Translations under genes and position numbers: made by a program
Part shown: in pieces, positions 1 to 8,938 of the stretch
How positions within the stretch are numbered: the first letter of the stretch is position 1
How the letters are laid out: the number at the start of each line of letters is the position of its first letter
Notes under the pieces: model-generated
What the model was told of the DNA's origin: nothing
Databases searched by the model: none
The model's input: the letters and a program-made list of their open reading frames with translations, nothing else
DNA from: Oceanispirochaeta sp.
Lineage (GTDB): Bacteria; Spirochaetota; Spirochaetia; DSM-2461
Direction of reading: 5' to 3'
Assembly: GCA_963666275.2 (NCBI GenBank)
Contig: CAXXOA010000001.1
Coordinates: 2,368,001-2,432,000, forward strand
DNA length: 64,000 nucleotides

Positions 1-1230
1 TCCCTTTTTGAAGAACTATACGGAGAAAAGGGCCTGAGAGGACAGAACCGCCGATGGACAGAGCTTGTACAACGGCATGAAGCCCTCTTCGGCGATCAGG
101 ATATATCTCTTTTCAGCACTCCCGGACGGACCGAACTGGGAGGAAACCATACGGATCACAATCACGGAAGAGTGCTGGCAGGGTCCATAAACCTGGACAC
201 CATAGCAGCTGTATCCCTCACAAATGATACAAAAGTCATACTGGACTCGGAAGGATACCCCCCTGTGGAAATCGATATTTCCCTTCAGGATAAGGTTTCC
301 GGAGAGGAAGGGAAAACTGAGTCCCTGATCCGGGGGATTGCCGCCCGGTTCACCCAGCTGGGCTACAGAACCGGCGGCTTCAGAGCCAATACCACAAGCA
401 GCGTCCTGAAAGGTTCAGGTCTGAGTTCTTCGGCGGCCCTGGAGGTTCTGGTAGGGACCATATTCAGTGCTCTTTTCAATGGGAACATGGTGACAAGCAC
501 GGAGATTGCCCAGATCGGGCAGTATGCGGAAAACGAATACTTCGGCAAACCCTGCGGTCTGATGGATCAGGTTGCCTGCGCCAACGGAGGAATCGTCGCT
601 ATTGATTTCAGAAACCCCGATGCCCCGAAAATAACACCTGTGGTTTACAACTTCCAGAAAGCCGGATACACCCTGATGGTGGTGGACACCGGAGGCAACC
701 ATGCGGATCTGACACCGGAATATTCTGCCATTCCCGCTGAAATGCGATCGGTGGCCGCCTTTTTCGACAAAGAGAACTGCCGGGAAGTGGCCGAAACGGA
801 GATTCTGGGAGCCCTGCAGGAGCTGAGAAAGAAAACCGGAGACAGAGCCATCCTGAGAGCGCTGCATTTTCTGCATGACAACGCCAGGGTGGAAGCTCAG
901 GTGGAGTCTCTGCGGGAAAATGATATAGAAACATTCCTCCATCAGGTGAACAGTTCGGGAAAATCCTCCTTTTGTTATCTTCAGAATGTCTACCCCGGGA
1001 AAGAACCGCAAGAACAGGGCATCAGCCTGGCTCTGAACCTGACAGAGAGTTTCCTCCACGGAGAGGGCGCCTGCCGGGTCCACGGCGGTGGATTTGCCGG
1101 AACCATTCAGGTGTATATCCCTAACGAACGGGCTGTAGAGTATCAGAAATACATGAGCCTTTTCTTCGGCGAAGGTTCTGTAACGCCTCTGAGAATCCGG
1201 CCTCTTTCCTCCATGATGGTACTCTCATAA
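1..1230 (+). CDS. galK: Galactokinase (GHMP kinase), 5' end outside window
   Basis: Frame open from base 1 (SLFEELYG...). Motifs FSTPGRTELGGNHTDHNHG, GSGLSSSAA, PCGLMDQ and GGGFAG are present. Confidence 0.9.
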   Translation, partial: SLFEELYGEKGLRGQNRRWTELVQRHEALFGDQDISLFSTPGRTELGGNHTDHNHGRVLAGSINLDTIAAVSLTNDTKVILDSEGYPPVEIDISLQDKVSGEEGKTESLIRGIAARFTQLGYRTGGFRANTTSSVLKGSGLSSSAALEVLVGTIFSALFNGNMVTSTEIAQIGQYAENEYFGKPCGLMDQVACANGGIVAIDFRNPDAPKITPVVYNFQKAGYTLMVVDTGGNHADLTPEYSAIPAEMRSVAAFFDKENCREVAETEILGALQELRKKTGDRAILRALHFLHDNARVEAQVESLRENDIETFLHQVNSSGKSSFCYLQNVYPGKEPQEQGISLALNLTESFLHGEGACRVHGGGFAGTIQVYIPNERAVEYQKYMSLFFGEGSVTPLRIRPLSSMMVLS

Positions 1231-1442
1231 CCTTCAGTGGGCTTTGGCGAGCTCAAACCTGACCTGGACCAGCACACAGGATAAATCAGGGCTTCGGCGG
1301 GTGACTGATTTGCCTGAAAGTCTCCCGGCAGCCCTCCCGAAAAAGTTCAGAATATCTCTATAGTGCAGAAATTTACATCTATCAGGAAAGACATTCATAC
1401 TGGATAGAAAGTCTTTGGAAAGGCCTCTGGGAATCCTTTTTT

Positions 1443-1471
1443 TTGTAACCAGCCGATTAGTGAAGTATATT
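1443..1471 (+). promoter_or_regulatory. sigma70-type promoter, probably leaderless
   Basis: TTGTAA(1443)-17-TATATT(1466), 7 nt before ATG 1479; no SD. Confidence 0.55.
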
Positions 1472-1478
1472 CCAGTAT

Positions 1479-2663
1479 ATGACAAGAAACAGATGCTCAT
1501 TGAAAACACGCGCCCTGCTATATGGCGTTTTTGCCATTGCGGCCATTTTCCTTTTTGTTGTTACCGCCTGCAGCTCCGGTGTATACCAGAAACAGGACAG
1601 CTATGGCGGAGTCCCGGCTGAGAATGAAGCCCCCGCTCCCATGCTTCTTCGCAGTGAGTCCGTTGCAGCGGACAGCGTCATGGCGGTGGAAGATGAGTTT
1701 ATCATGGAATCAGACACATCTTCCGAACCGGTCCCGGAGAATTCGGACATGCGGAAAAGGATATACAACGGTTCGGCAGGACTAGTCGTGGAGGATCTGG
1801 AGAAAACCCGGAAATCCCTGGAAGATCTGACGACCCGATCGAACGGGTATGTGGAGCAGTCCTACAGGGATTACCTGGTTCTGCGGATACCGGCAGAACA
1901 GTTTGACACAATTTTTGCCCGGATCCTGGGTATGGGATCAGTCAAATACCAGTCCGTGGAAACCTGGGACGTGACAGATCAGTATGCTGATATACAGGCC
2001 AGACTGACCACAGCCGAAGCCACAAGAGAGAGGCTCTATACCCTACTGGAAAGGAGCACCGATCCGGAAGAGAGAGCCAGGATACTCCGGGAAATCGGCA
2101 GGCTCACAGAAGAGATTGAATCTATCAAGCAGCAGGTTCAGATCCTGGACAGCCGGATTGCCTTTTCCAGGATCACAGTGGAACTGATTCCCCGGCTTCA
2201 GGAAGACAGAACGGGACAGGATATTCCCTTCGGCTGGATTGAATCCCTGAATCCCTTAAGCCCGGTTTCCGACAAGCTCAAAGCAAGGATGGATCTGAAC
2301 CCGGGAGAGGATTTTGCCGTTTTTGCCAGAGAGGATATCTACCTGGCCGAAGATGCCTCAGGAACCAGCATATCCGTGAGTTCTGTGGAAAACTCCCCCC
2401 GTGGCGACAGCCTGTTCTGGCAGAAAGCTCTGGTTCACTATCTGAGCGGCTACTACGCCTCCTACACGGAAAAAGAGCTTTCCTTCGGTGATAAAGAACT
2501 AAAGGGTGTGGAGTTTGTCAGCAAAGACACAGCCCCCTACCGCTATTTCGTGGGAGTTGCGGTTGATAAGGATGATCTTCATATTGTGGAGATATTCTCT
2601 CCCCGGAGTGATCGGGATTTCAGCGATCTCTACAAAGCCCTGAAAGAAGGAGAATGCAGATGA
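1479..2663 (+). CDS. DUF4349-domain lipoprotein
   Basis: Lipobox-like VVTAC. DUF4349-type segments LRIPAEQFD, DVTDQYADIQARL and coiled coil ending SRIAFSRITVEL. Confidence 0.8.
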   Translation: MTRNRCSLKTRALLYGVFAIAAIFLFVVTACSSGVYQKQDSYGGVPAENEAPAPMLLRSESVAADSVMAVEDEFIMESDTSSEPVPENSDMRKRIYNGSAGLVVEDLEKTRKSLEDLTTRSNGYVEQSYRDYLVLRIPAEQFDTIFARILGMGSVKYQSVETWDVTDQYADIQARLTTAEATRERLYTLLERSTDPEERARILREIGRLTEEIESIKQQVQILDSRIAFSRITVELIPRLQEDRTGQDIPFGWIESLNPLSPVSDKLKARMDLNPGEDFAVFAREDIYLAEDASGTSISVSSVENSPRGDSLFWQKALVHYLSGYYASYTEKELSFGDKELKGVEFVSKDTAPYRYFVGVAVDKDDLHIVEIFSPRSDRDFSDLYKALKEGECR

Positions 2664-3655
2664 GTACCCTGAAAAAGAAAATCCTGCTCCTTCTGTCTCT
2701 AACCACTCTTCTCTCTTCTTTCCTAACAGCCCAGGAAGAGGACACCCTCGCTTTTGAAGTCCATGCCCGGCTCCTGGTGCAGAACAGGCAGACAGCCTCT
2801 GACGAACTGGCCCGATGGGCCGAATCCCGGGGAGGATACTTCACCCGGAAAACTGATGAAATCATCGATTTCCGCGTTCCCGATGAGCAGATAGTCTCCC
2901 TTGTCTCCTATCTGGAAGAGATTAGCCTTGAGGTTGTGGAATACAGTCAGAGTACTTCCGATCTGAGGGAACAGCTCCTCAGCAGCCGCTCCGCTCTGGA
3001 AGCCCGGGAGGAAATTCTGGCCAAGAACATCTCCTATATAGACTCTTCCGATGTAGAGGGAACCCTGACCCTGGAAAAGGAGATCCGCCGGCTGATGAAT
3101 GAAATAGACAGCTACAGAGGCCGTCTGCGGAGGATGCAGAATGACAGGCAATTCGCCCGGGTGGAAGTTCTTCTCACCTTTCAGAGTCAGAGCATCCCCG
3201 ACTCCCGTCCCTCCCGGTTCGACTGGATCAATCAGGTGGATTTCTACTCCTTTATGAACTCCTCCATCCTCACCCCCCGAAGCGGATGGGGCGGACCGGA
3301 AATAACCCTGCCCGAAGGTTTCGCCCTGGTGGATGACAAACCCCGCTTCCTGGCGGTTTCACCGGAAGGGGTCAGGATACGGGTATCCCGGAGAGAGAAC
3401 TATCCCCAGCAGTCCCGGGATTTCTGGAAGGATGCGCTTTTTACTAATATGGAAGACCGGGGTTATATTTCCCTGGACAGCTCCTCATCGATCAACCTGG
3501 GAGGAGAGGATTTTGCCGTCCGCTGGTGGGGCGTTCCCTACGGAAATGAGGACTACAGCTATATTACAGGGCTGCGGCTCAGCAAGGGGAAAATCGAGGT
3601 TCTTGAGATTGCCGGACCCGCAGTTTTTGTAAAGGAATACTTCCAAAATCATTAA
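2660..3655 (+). CDS. DUF4349-domain exported protein (paralog of the upstream gene)
   Basis: ATGA overlap with upstream stop, SD AAGGAG, signal peptide, FRVP...DL...coiled coil...FARVEV pattern. Confidence 0.72.
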   Translation: MSTLKKKILLLLSLTTLLSSFLTAQEEDTLAFEVHARLLVQNRQTASDELARWAESRGGYFTRKTDEIIDFRVPDEQIVSLVSYLEEISLEVVEYSQSTSDLREQLLSSRSALEAREEILAKNISYIDSSDVEGTLTLEKEIRRLMNEIDSYRGRLRRMQNDRQFARVEVLLTFQSQSIPDSRPSRFDWINQVDFYSFMNSSILTPRSGWGGPEITLPEGFALVDDKPRFLAVSPEGVRIRVSRRENYPQQSRDFWKDALFTNMEDRGYISLDSSSSINLGGEDFAVRWWGVPYGNEDYSYITGLRLSKGKIEVLEIAGPAVFVKEYFQNH

Positions 3656-3794
3656 TTATTCATGAATTATTGATTTTTTTTGTAATATCTCACTCATTTT
3701 TCATGTTTTACTTATTGAAAAAATGAACACAAGGATTATACTTTATGGTAGTGTGTTTTTTTACACGGAAACTATAATTTAAAGGAAAGGTATT

Positions 3795-5306
3795 ATGAAA
3801 AAACTTTTAATCCTTATGATGATCCTGCTGGTCAGCACCGGCATGATCTTCGCTACGGACATTGATGGATTTGAATCTCTGTCCAGCCAGGCTACCTATG
3901 GTCTGTTCGGAAATGTTATGGATGATGCATCCAGTGTAGGTTCAGGATTCAGTGAAATCGAAGATAATTATCTCTTTGGAGGTATTATTGCTAACCCCGA
4001 ACAGCAGACTGATGCAGGATCAAATAGCACATTTGTATCCGGATACTACAATACAGGAGAAAAACCCTGGTCAGTATTCGGTTATTTTGATTTTTCAGGA
4101 GCTGACAGAGGAACCAGTTCAACACCAGTAAATGATACAGAAGAAACAGTTGTATATAATGTAGCTGGTGAAAAAACAACAACAACTTATGATGTACCCG
4201 GATACGACACGATCAATACACAACTTCAGTTTCTAAAGACTTTTGCTGTTAAAGATCTTGATTTCGATACCGGTTTACGACTTTCTATTAGTATGGTAGA
4301 TGGTAGATTAGCTGCAGATAACTATACTATAGATAGTAAAGTAACTGGTTCAGTTTACAAAGATACTTTCACTCAGGAATACCAGGATCCGAATGGATCA
4401 ATCATGGCAGGATCAGGACCTGATGGTGATGAAACTCCTTCATCATTGACTTTTGGTGCCAATTTACCATTTTATATGGAACTGAATGGATTGGAACATT
4501 CTGGTGCAGTTTCTTTTTCAAGAACATCCAATGATTATTCTTACACAATAGACCAGAAAAACACTACAGCGAACACTTCCTATAGTGAGTCTCTTGATGC
4601 TAAAACAGGTACCAGTACAATTAGTGCATGGTACCAGTTAACTAAAGAATTGGGTCCCGGAGATCTTTCTCCATATGTTAGCATAGCAAGAACTAAGGGC
4701 TTTTATGATTATACCTACAAAGATGATAACGGAACAGTGACAACTAAAACAACTTATGAAGGTGAATATGAACCCGGATTTACTTTTGTGATTGGTTCTG
4801 AATACAGCATGGAATTTCAACCTGCAGGAGACTGGCTTCAGTTTAAAATGAAACCTGGAGCCTTTTACATGAGAGCAACAGATTCTTATCTATCTGGCTC
4901 TAAAACATCATCAACTTCTGGAGGAATAACAAGTACTACAGAAGAAGAAAAGGCTATTGATAAAACCATCACAAATACTCTCGAGGCAAGTCTTAAATCC
5001 GCAGTTGAGATGAAACCTGAAAACTGGTTTTTCGGTTTCCAGATGGGAAGCATGATTACTATGGGATGGGAAAAGCAAACGAATGAGTTAAAAGCAGCTG
5101 ATACTGTAGACAACGCAGGTAATGTTACAGCTAACAAAGATACCACTAATACTGTTAACTATATTGACTGGACCTCTACGGTTGATATGGAATACGGTTT
5201 CTTTGTTCCTTTACCCGATGACTACAGACTGGATTTCAAACTCTTTACAAATGAATTAACAGATTTTGAACAGATAGCTGTCGAACTGATTGTTCCCCTC
5301 AAATAA
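3795..5306 (+). CDS. Exported beta-rich protein, probable outer-membrane/outer-sheath protein
   Basis: Signal peptide MKKLLILMMILLVSTGMIFA; Thr/Tyr/Gly-rich amphipathic strands; own promoter and terminator. Confidence 0.65.
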   Translation: MKKLLILMMILLVSTGMIFATDIDGFESLSSQATYGLFGNVMDDASSVGSGFSEIEDNYLFGGIIANPEQQTDAGSNSTFVSGYYNTGEKPWSVFGYFDFSGADRGTSSTPVNDTEETVVYNVAGEKTTTTYDVPGYDTINTQLQFLKTFAVKDLDFDTGLRLSISMVDGRLAADNYTIDSKVTGSVYKDTFTQEYQDPNGSIMAGSGPDGDETPSSLTFGANLPFYMELNGLEHSGAVSFSRTSNDYSYTIDQKNTTANTSYSESLDAKTGTSTISAWYQLTKELGPGDLSPYVSIARTKGFYDYTYKDDNGTVTTKTTYEGEYEPGFTFVIGSEYSMEFQPAGDWLQFKMKPGAFYMRATDSYLSGSKTSSTSGGITSTTEEEKAIDKTITNTLEASLKSAVEMKPENWFFGFQMGSMITMGWEKQTNELKAADTVDNAGNVTANKDTTNTVNYIDWTSTVDMEYGFFVPLPDDYRLDFKLFTNELTDFEQIAVELIVPLK

Positions 5307-5347
5307 TTACGCGCTCTAAGTTGTTAGTCACAATGTAATTTATACTT

Positions 5348-5378
5348 ACCCCGGGTTCTCCTGAATCCGGGGTTTTTT
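5348..5378 (+). terminator. Rho-independent terminator
   Basis: ACCCCGGGTTC-TCCT-GAATCCGGGGT followed by a T run. Confidence 0.85.
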
Positions 5379-5554
5379 CATGGGTATGGAATTATCCTTT
5401 CCCTTGACCTTCCCCCCCAATCTCTTTATAAACATAGATAGCATCAACAATACCGGGAATTTGAATCTACCCTTCATAGGTTGGATTTTCCTGACCCGGG
5501 TCAAAATATCATTCGTCCCTGCGGGGACACATCCAATACAAGGAGTTTTACCTT

Positions 5555-7210
5555 ATGAGTGAATTATCACCACTTCAGAAAGCCCGGTACGAGTACCAGC
5601 CCAAACTGCCCGCTGTACTTCAGGGAGATATCAAAAACATTACCTGCGAACTGGGAGAACCCACTGAATCTGTAGCGGATCAGGCGGCTGTAAAAGATCT
5701 TTTTGAAAAGACTTACGGAAATCCCGTTGCCCGCTTTGTTAAGGGTACCAACGAGAACGCCGGAAAGAAAATGAACCTGGGAGTCATCCTTTCAGGCGGT
5801 CAGGCCCCTGGCGGACACAATGTAATTGCCGGTATCTACGACGGACTGAAAAACTCCAATCCCGAGTCCAAACTCTATGGATTTCTGGGCGGCCCCGCCG
5901 GTATCATGAACGGAAAACTGGTGGAAATCGATGACGCCATGATGGATGCCTACAGAAACACCGGAGGATTCGACATCATCGGTTCGGGCCGGGACAAACT
6001 GGAAACGGAAGAACAGTTTGAAATGTCCCTGGCTACCTGCCGGAAATACGACATTACCGGTGTGGTTATCATCGGCGGTGACGACTCCAATACCAACGGA
6101 GCGATCCTGGCAGAGTACTTTGCCAAGAAAGAGACAGGGATTACCGTAGTGGGAGCTCCCAAAACCATCGACGGCGACCTGAAAAACGAATACATTGAAA
6201 CCTCTTTCGGTTTTGATACTGCTACAAAAACCTATTCCGAGCTGATCGGAAACATCGAAAAAGACTCCAACTCCGCCAAAAAATACTGGCACTTCATCAA
6301 GCTCATGGGAAGAAGCGCTTCTCACATCGCTCTGGAATGTGCCCTACAGACCCAGCCTAATGTCTGTATCATCTCTGAAGAAGTGGAACAGAAAAAAATG
6401 ACCCTGGCCCAGGTTGTAGACCAGATCACGGCTGTGGTTGCCAAAAGAGCGGAAAAAGGTCTGAATTTCGGTGTTGCCCTGATTCCCGAAGGACTGATTG
6501 AGTTTATCCCTGAAGTGGGAAAACTGATCGGCCAGCTGAATGACCTGATGGCTCACCACGAAGCGGAATTCAACGCTCTGGACTTTGGGGCTCAGCAGAA
6601 ATGGCTGGGTGAAAAACTGGATGCTGCCGCAGCAGCTGTTTTCGCTTCCCTGCCTGTATCCATCCAGCAGCAGCTTCTCATGGACAGAGACCCCCACGGA
6701 AACGTACAGGTATCACGGATCGAGACAGAAAAGCTTCTGATCGAGATGGTAGATACCAGACTGAAAGAGATGAAAGCCGCTGGTACTTTCTCCGGCAAGT
6801 TCAATGCTCTGGCTCACTTCTTCGGTTATGAAGGCCGCTGTGCATTCCCCTCCAACTTTGATGCAGACTACTGCTACTCACTGGGTTACTCAGCCTTTAT
6901 CCTGATGTCTCACGGTCTGACCGGTTACATTTCCAATGTAGCAGATCTTCAGAAACCTGCTGCAGAGTGGGTTCCCGGCGGTTGTCCTCTGACAATGATG
7001 ATGAATATGGAACAGAGACACGGTTCACAGAAACCGGTTATCAGAAAAGCACTGGTAGAACTGGATGGCAAACCTTTTAAAGCTTTTGCCGCCAAAAGAG
7101 ATGAATGGGCAGTGGAAACCGCCTTCACCTTTCCCGGAGCGATTCAGTACTATGGTCCCGATTCTGTTTGTAATCAGCCTACTGAAACTCTGAAATACGA
7201 AAAAGCCTGA
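5555..7210 (+). CDS. pfp: Pyrophosphate-dependent phosphofructokinase (long clade)
   Basis: [17 protein letters not shown] (PPi-type GGDD), PKTIDGD and MGRSASH motifs; 551 aa. Confidence 0.95.
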   Translation: MSELSPLQKARYEYQPKLPAVLQGDIKNITCELGEPTESVADQAAVKDLFEKTYGNPVARFVKGTNENAGKKMNLGVILSGGQAPGGHNVIAGIYDGLKNSNPESKLYGFLGGPAGIMNGKLVEIDDAMMDAYRNTGGFDIIGSGRDKLETEEQFEMSLATCRKYDITGVVIIGGDDSNTNGAILAEYFAKKETGITVVGAPKTIDGDLKNEYIETSFGFDTATKTYSELIGNIEKDSNSAKKYWHFIKLMGRSASHIALECALQTQPNVCIISEEVEQKKMTLAQVVDQITAVVAKRAEKGLNFGVALIPEGLIEFIPEVGKLIGQLNDLMAHHEAEFNALDFGAQQKWLGEKLDAAAAAVFASLPVSIQQQLLMDRDPHGNVQVSRIETEKLLIEMVDTRLKEMKAAGTFSGKFNALAHFFGYEGRCAFPSNFDADYCYSLGYSAFILMSHGLTGYISNVADLQKPAAEWVPGGCPLTMMMNMEQRHGSQKPVIRKALVELDGKPFKAFAAKRDEWAVETAFTFPGAIQYYGPDSVCNQPTETLKYEKA

Positions 7211-7230
7211 CTTTTTTAACTGATCATATC

Positions 7231-7255
7231 AAGCCGCCTCGGGGCGGCTTTTTTT
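7231..7255 (+). terminator. Rho-independent terminator
   Basis: AAGCCGCC-TCGG-GGCGGCTT followed by a T run. Confidence 0.9.
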
Positions 7256-7372
7256 CTGCCCTGCTCCCAGGCCCTCCTGTCCATCTTAATAAACTCTCAC
7301 ATCTCCGAATAGGATAAAATTCCTTGACTAATCAATTAGGAACCCATAACTTTCTTTGTAAAGGAGACAACC

Positions 7373-8200
7373 ATGCAGTCACTGAAAGGAAAAACAGCCC
7401 TGGTAACAGGAGCCTCATCCGGAATTGGCAAGGAAACGGTTCTGGCTCTTCTGAAGGATGGCGTAAAAGTATATGCCGCGGCCAGAAGGGAATCCCATAT
7501 GGAAGATCTTGTAGAAAAAGGCGCCATTGTGATCCCCATGGACATTACCAGTAAAGATTCGATAGAACAGGGGATTGGTAAAATCTTCCAGGAGAGCGGA
7601 TCCCTGGATATTCTGATAAACAATGCCGGTTACGGTTCCTACGGAGCCATTGAAGATGTGCCCATTGAAGAAGGTATCAGACAGTTCGATGTGAATATTT
7701 TCGGTCTGGCCCGGCTGACTCAGCTAGTCCTGCCGGGAATGAGAAAAAACAGGTCCGGTAAAATAGTGAATATATCCTCCATGGGGGGAAAGATGTACAC
7801 TCCCTTCGGAGGCTGGTACCATGCGACCAAACATGCCCTGGAAGGGTTCACGGACTGCCTCCGTCTGGAAGTGGCTCCTTTCGGTATTGATGCCATACTG
7901 ATTGAACCAGGCGGAATCACAACACCCTGGGGTACAATTGCAGCGGACAATCTTGAAAAAATGTCAGGATCAGGAGCCTATGCAGAAAGAGCTAAACAGT
8001 CTGCTGAGGGGATCAGAAACAGATATGAAAGCGGTAAAATGACCGAGCCCGGGGTGATAGCCCGGGTTATTCTAAAATCCCTGAAAGCCAAAAAGCCCAA
8101 AACCCGATATGCTGCCGGATATATGGCAAAGCCGTCTCTGTTTCTCAGAAAAATACTTCCTGATAGAGTTTTCGACAAACTCATCCAGTCTATGGTATAG
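7373..8200 (+). CDS. Short-chain dehydrogenase/reductase
   Basis: TGASSGIG, NNAG and YHATK (YxxxK) motifs. Confidence 0.92.
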   Translation: MQSLKGKTALVTGASSGIGKETVLALLKDGVKVYAAARRESHMEDLVEKGAIVIPMDITSKDSIEQGIGKIFQESGSLDILINNAGYGSYGAIEDVPIEEGIRQFDVNIFGLARLTQLVLPGMRKNRSGKIVNISSMGGKMYTPFGGWYHATKHALEGFTDCLRLEVAPFGIDAILIEPGGITTPWGTIAADNLEKMSGSGAYAERAKQSAEGIRNRYESGKMTEPGVIARVILKSLKAKKPKTRYAAGYMAKPSLFLRKILPDRVFDKLIQSMV

Positions 8201-8239
8201 ATGCCCTTAAACTCTGACAGGATAGTTAAAAAAATGATG

Positions 8240-8268
8240 CCTCCGGAAAATCCATTCCGGAGGTTTTT
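8240..8268. terminator. Terminator hairpin between convergent genes
   Basis: CCTCCGGAA-N6-TTCCGGAGG-TTTTT. Confidence 0.7.
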
Positions 8269-8275
8269 AAAATAA

Positions 8276-8764
8276 TCAGTAGTAATCTTCCCCCATGGGA
8301 TTGAACTCTGCATTTTCGACCCACCATTCGGGTTTTTGAACCATTTCGATCAGATTATCCACTGTCTCATAGTGATACTCTTCCTGCCTGGAAAGGAGTT
8401 TAAAAAGCTTCTGCCCCTCTTCCGTATCGACTGAGCTCAGTTTTTCCTTGTAATACTGCTGTCCTTTTTTTTCAATTTCCAGCGCTCTTTTCAGCTCGGG
8501 AAGGATACTGTCGTTAAGAGACTCGGTTTGGCTGTTCTTTTGAATCTCTTTGAAAATCGTAGTTACAGCTTTTATGGACGACTCATTTTTTTCATGGGGA
8601 AGTTTTTTCTGAAGGACTTCAATTGCCCTGGCATGTTTTTCCTCATCCTCTGCCAGCTTGGAAAAAACATTCTTTATTCCCGGATGATCCGTTTTGGACG
8701 CCAGTTCCCTGTAAAGATTCTCTGCATCGTGTTCCATTTCAAGAGCAAAATCAAATATATCCAC
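8276..8764 (-). CDS. Ferritin-like/rubrerythrin-type di-iron protein
   Basis: GTG start at 8764 after SD GGGAGG; ALEME...EDEEKH and ALEIE...QEEYH di-iron motifs. Confidence 0.85.
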   Translation of the reverse strand: MDIFDFALEMEHDAENLYRELASKTDHPGIKNVFSKLAEDEEKHARAIEVLQKKLPHEKNESSIKAVTTIFKEIQKNSQTESLNDSILPELKRALEIEKKGQQYYKEKLSSVDTEEGQKLFKLLSRQEEYHYETVDNLIEMVQKPEWWVENAEFNPMGEDYY

Positions 8765-8938
8765 TGTATTCCTCCCTTTGTAAGGTTGTAAGTTGTTATA
8801 TAAATTAAAATAGAAATACAGGAAGAAAACAAATTTGAAGTGCAAAGACTTTAAAAAATCCCGTAACAAAAGAGAACAATCTTGTAGAAATCCCGATTTA
8901 CCTTTAAGGTAGGAAAGATTTTAAGAGGAGAAAAAAGT

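Noticed and set aside
1240..1330. SRP RNA or glycine riboswitch on the minus strand (GTGCTG..CCAGGTCAGGT; CTTTCAGG; CGCCGAAG)
   Set aside because: The SRP GGAA loop and GGAAGCAG are absent; the glycine motifs are in the wrong order and there is no downstream gene on that strand.
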